Shown here: positions 61,774 to 64,000 of the stretch, in pieces
Layout: every line of letters begins with the position of its first letter
Numbering within the stretch: the stretch's first letter is position 1
DNA from: Camelus ferus
Taxonomy: Eukaryota
Length of the DNA: 64,000 nt
Assembly (NCBI RefSeq): GCF_009834535.1
Contig: NC_045696.1
Location: forward strand, 114,516,001-114,580,000
Reading direction: 5' to 3'
Program-made: the position numbers and the translations under genes
The notes under the pieces: generated by a model
What the model was told of the DNA's origin: nothing
Seen by the model: the letters and a program-made list of their open reading frames with translations, nothing else
Databases searched by the model: none

Positions 61774-64000
61774 CGCTCAGCGTTTTAGCTATGGTTGCTT
61801 CACCATTTTCACCATCTTAGCTGTGATTGTTTCACGATTTATTAAAGATGTTTTGTACTTCCAAAAAAAAAAAAAAAAGAACACTTAAAAACCTTTTCAT
61901 AAAATTACAGCATTTATGATGTGGTTACAGTGACATTCCAGCTTCTAGGATTCATCTCTTGCCCTTTTTTGATTCCCGGGAAAGAATATCTTTCTCTTGA
62001 CAATGTATCCTAACTTAGAGGTGGATTTTTTTTGCCATGGCTGTGTCTCAGATGTTTCCGTGGGAGTGAGGTGTTTTAAGTAGTGTCATTCTTGTTATTT
62101 TAGGATTCTTCACACTTTGCAGAATCCTGCTTAGTCCAGCGGCTGCTGTGCATATGTTCACAAAGGCAATGTATAGGCAGGGTCAGAAAATTGGCATCAA
62201 AATTAAGAAATTATAACTTCTAAGGGGACATTTGGGGAAACTTGGAGCAGACAAGTAGGAGGTTGCTTATTTTAAGAATGCAGAAATAGTACCTATCCTA
62301 GAGGGAAAATACTGCGTACCAAGGATAGATTAACAAAAGGTGTTTACGAGACTGAGAGGCAAAATAGGTCATTTGTGATGGAGTGGTTGGAAAGAGGGAC
62401 AGAAATAAAAACACATTTCAGCCAAGGATCTGATTTGGGACAGTAAATAAATAAAATACTAGTGAATGTGTGCTGTGGTTTGAACTGAGTCAATTAATAC
62501 TACAAAGAGGAGAGAGGGAAAGAGTCAGAAATAGCCAGCATGTTGATTCATATATTATTGCTCTTCTTTTTTTCCTGGAATTTTTGAGAAGTGAGTGTGT
62601 TAAACTGATGGGGAGTTACAGGTGGAGAATATTGAACTCTAGACAGTTTACATAAGGATTGAAAAGAGTGGTATGAATACATTATCTTGAGAATATACGT
62701 GGTGGGGCTGGGGAGCAAGTCAGGAGACTTCTGGAATATAACTGGAATGCATGTAACTAAAGGAATATCAAAGTGAGACTAAATGACCGGATCCGAAGGG
62801 GTTCATCTTTTTCTAAGTTTTCTCTCAGTGAAGACGTCTTGAATTATATATTTCTGAATGAGTATGATCCGTTGAGAAATGGTCCCAGGAAGCAAGAAAT
62901 GTTATCAAGTAATAAGTCATTTTTCTCCTCTTTATGTGAAATCTACAAACACGTGAGCTAGCAGCCACTGTTTCTAATGACCAAGAGGGAGAATGAATTA
63001 CTACCTTAGGTTAATGTACTGTGGCTGTGGCCTTTTAATCAGTCTGTCCATCTCCAGCTTGGGAAAAAAAAAAAAAAGTGATTTTTATTAAGTTCTCTGA
63101 AATACTGAAAATAAATTCTTCAGCTTTCTGCTTGAATTAACAGACTTTCCATGTTCCCCTGGGGAGTGGCGGGGGGCAGGTGCTTTGAGAATGACACAGA
63201 ATTTAAAGATGAAAATGAAGAACTTCTCCTTCTTCTGCATTTCTAATCATAGTAGTTATTTTTAAACGGAATATTTCGTATAGAAGCTTGGGAGAAATCC
63301 AAGTTGTTGGCTGTATTTTTACTAAGACCCCATAGGCTTTATCATTTTTCTCTTAACCTAATTTTTAGAGTGAAGGTGCTCTGAGAAGGTTTTTGGAGCC
63401 CCTGGTTCTTGCAAGGTTCATGTCTGTAAGGTATCCTATCAGTTAAGCTAGAAGGAGCAAAGAAAAGAGGTGGAGAAATATTATTTTTACCTGATGATAC
63501 AATTCCTCCGTTGGATATATTAAGTGGAAAAAAAGTGATAGGAAAGCCAGTGCCCCAGAATTGAGATACACACAGAGGTATCAAGGGAAAGAAAGCATCA
63601 AATGTAATTTAAAAGGGAATAGAATTGTTAGATGAAAGGCAAGTGCTAGAAAGGATGTGATTTTTAAAAAAAACGTCCTGCCATAGGTAGACCCCTGGGG
63701 TGTCCTATTCAAGCCCCGCTGTGATACAGCGACTGCAGCCATGTGTGGGTCTGTGTGCGTTTGTGTGTGTGTGTTCACCCAAAGTTATGAAAGAGGTGTA
63801 CAAAACAGGCTTGAATATATCCTAAGAAAGCAAAATAGTAATAATATGTGATTCGTTCAAGTGAAAAATGATTTAAGCCTGTAAATGGATAAAGAAAACT
63901 ATGCAAAAACTTAGGCTTCATGTAAGTACTCCAGGAGAAATAAACTTGCCACACTTATGATTCATGGCATCTCTCCTTGGCTAAGTTTTAGTAGTGCAAA

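Noticed and set aside
1..64000. CRISPR arrays, operons or prokaryotic defence systems
   Set aside because: The sequence is mammalian, with no regularly spaced repeat-spacer array and no long ORFs.

Overview
Mammalian genomic DNA, most likely a camelid: six copies of a tRNA-derived SINE resemble the camelid vic-1 type, alongside L1 3' ends. I found no intact protein-coding gene, so the window looks intergenic or intronic and is dominated by repeats. Main contents: (1) the 5' portion of a decayed L1 on the minus strand (1-4856); (2) a 5'-truncated ATP5F1A processed pseudogene inserted in a MaLR LTR and itself interrupted by a 5'-inverted L1; (3) four solo LTRs of one ERV1-like family, each with a 4-bp TSD (two perfect, two with one mismatch), two of which form a ~480-bp-arm inverted repeat around a 1-kb spacer; (4) further ERV/MaLR LTRs; (5) an old L1 carrying a stack of younger insertions (30.8-35.8 kb); (6) L2, MIR and MER fragments and microsatellites. 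Structures not explained by repeats include a 245-bp AT-rich palindrome, a CCAAT/GC-box promoter-like patch with a nearby candidate micro-exon, and several enhancer-like motif clusters. Repeat family names come from recalled consensus sequences and need Dfam/RepeatMasker confirmation. I see no convincing evidence of a new biological system; the findings are testable candidates.
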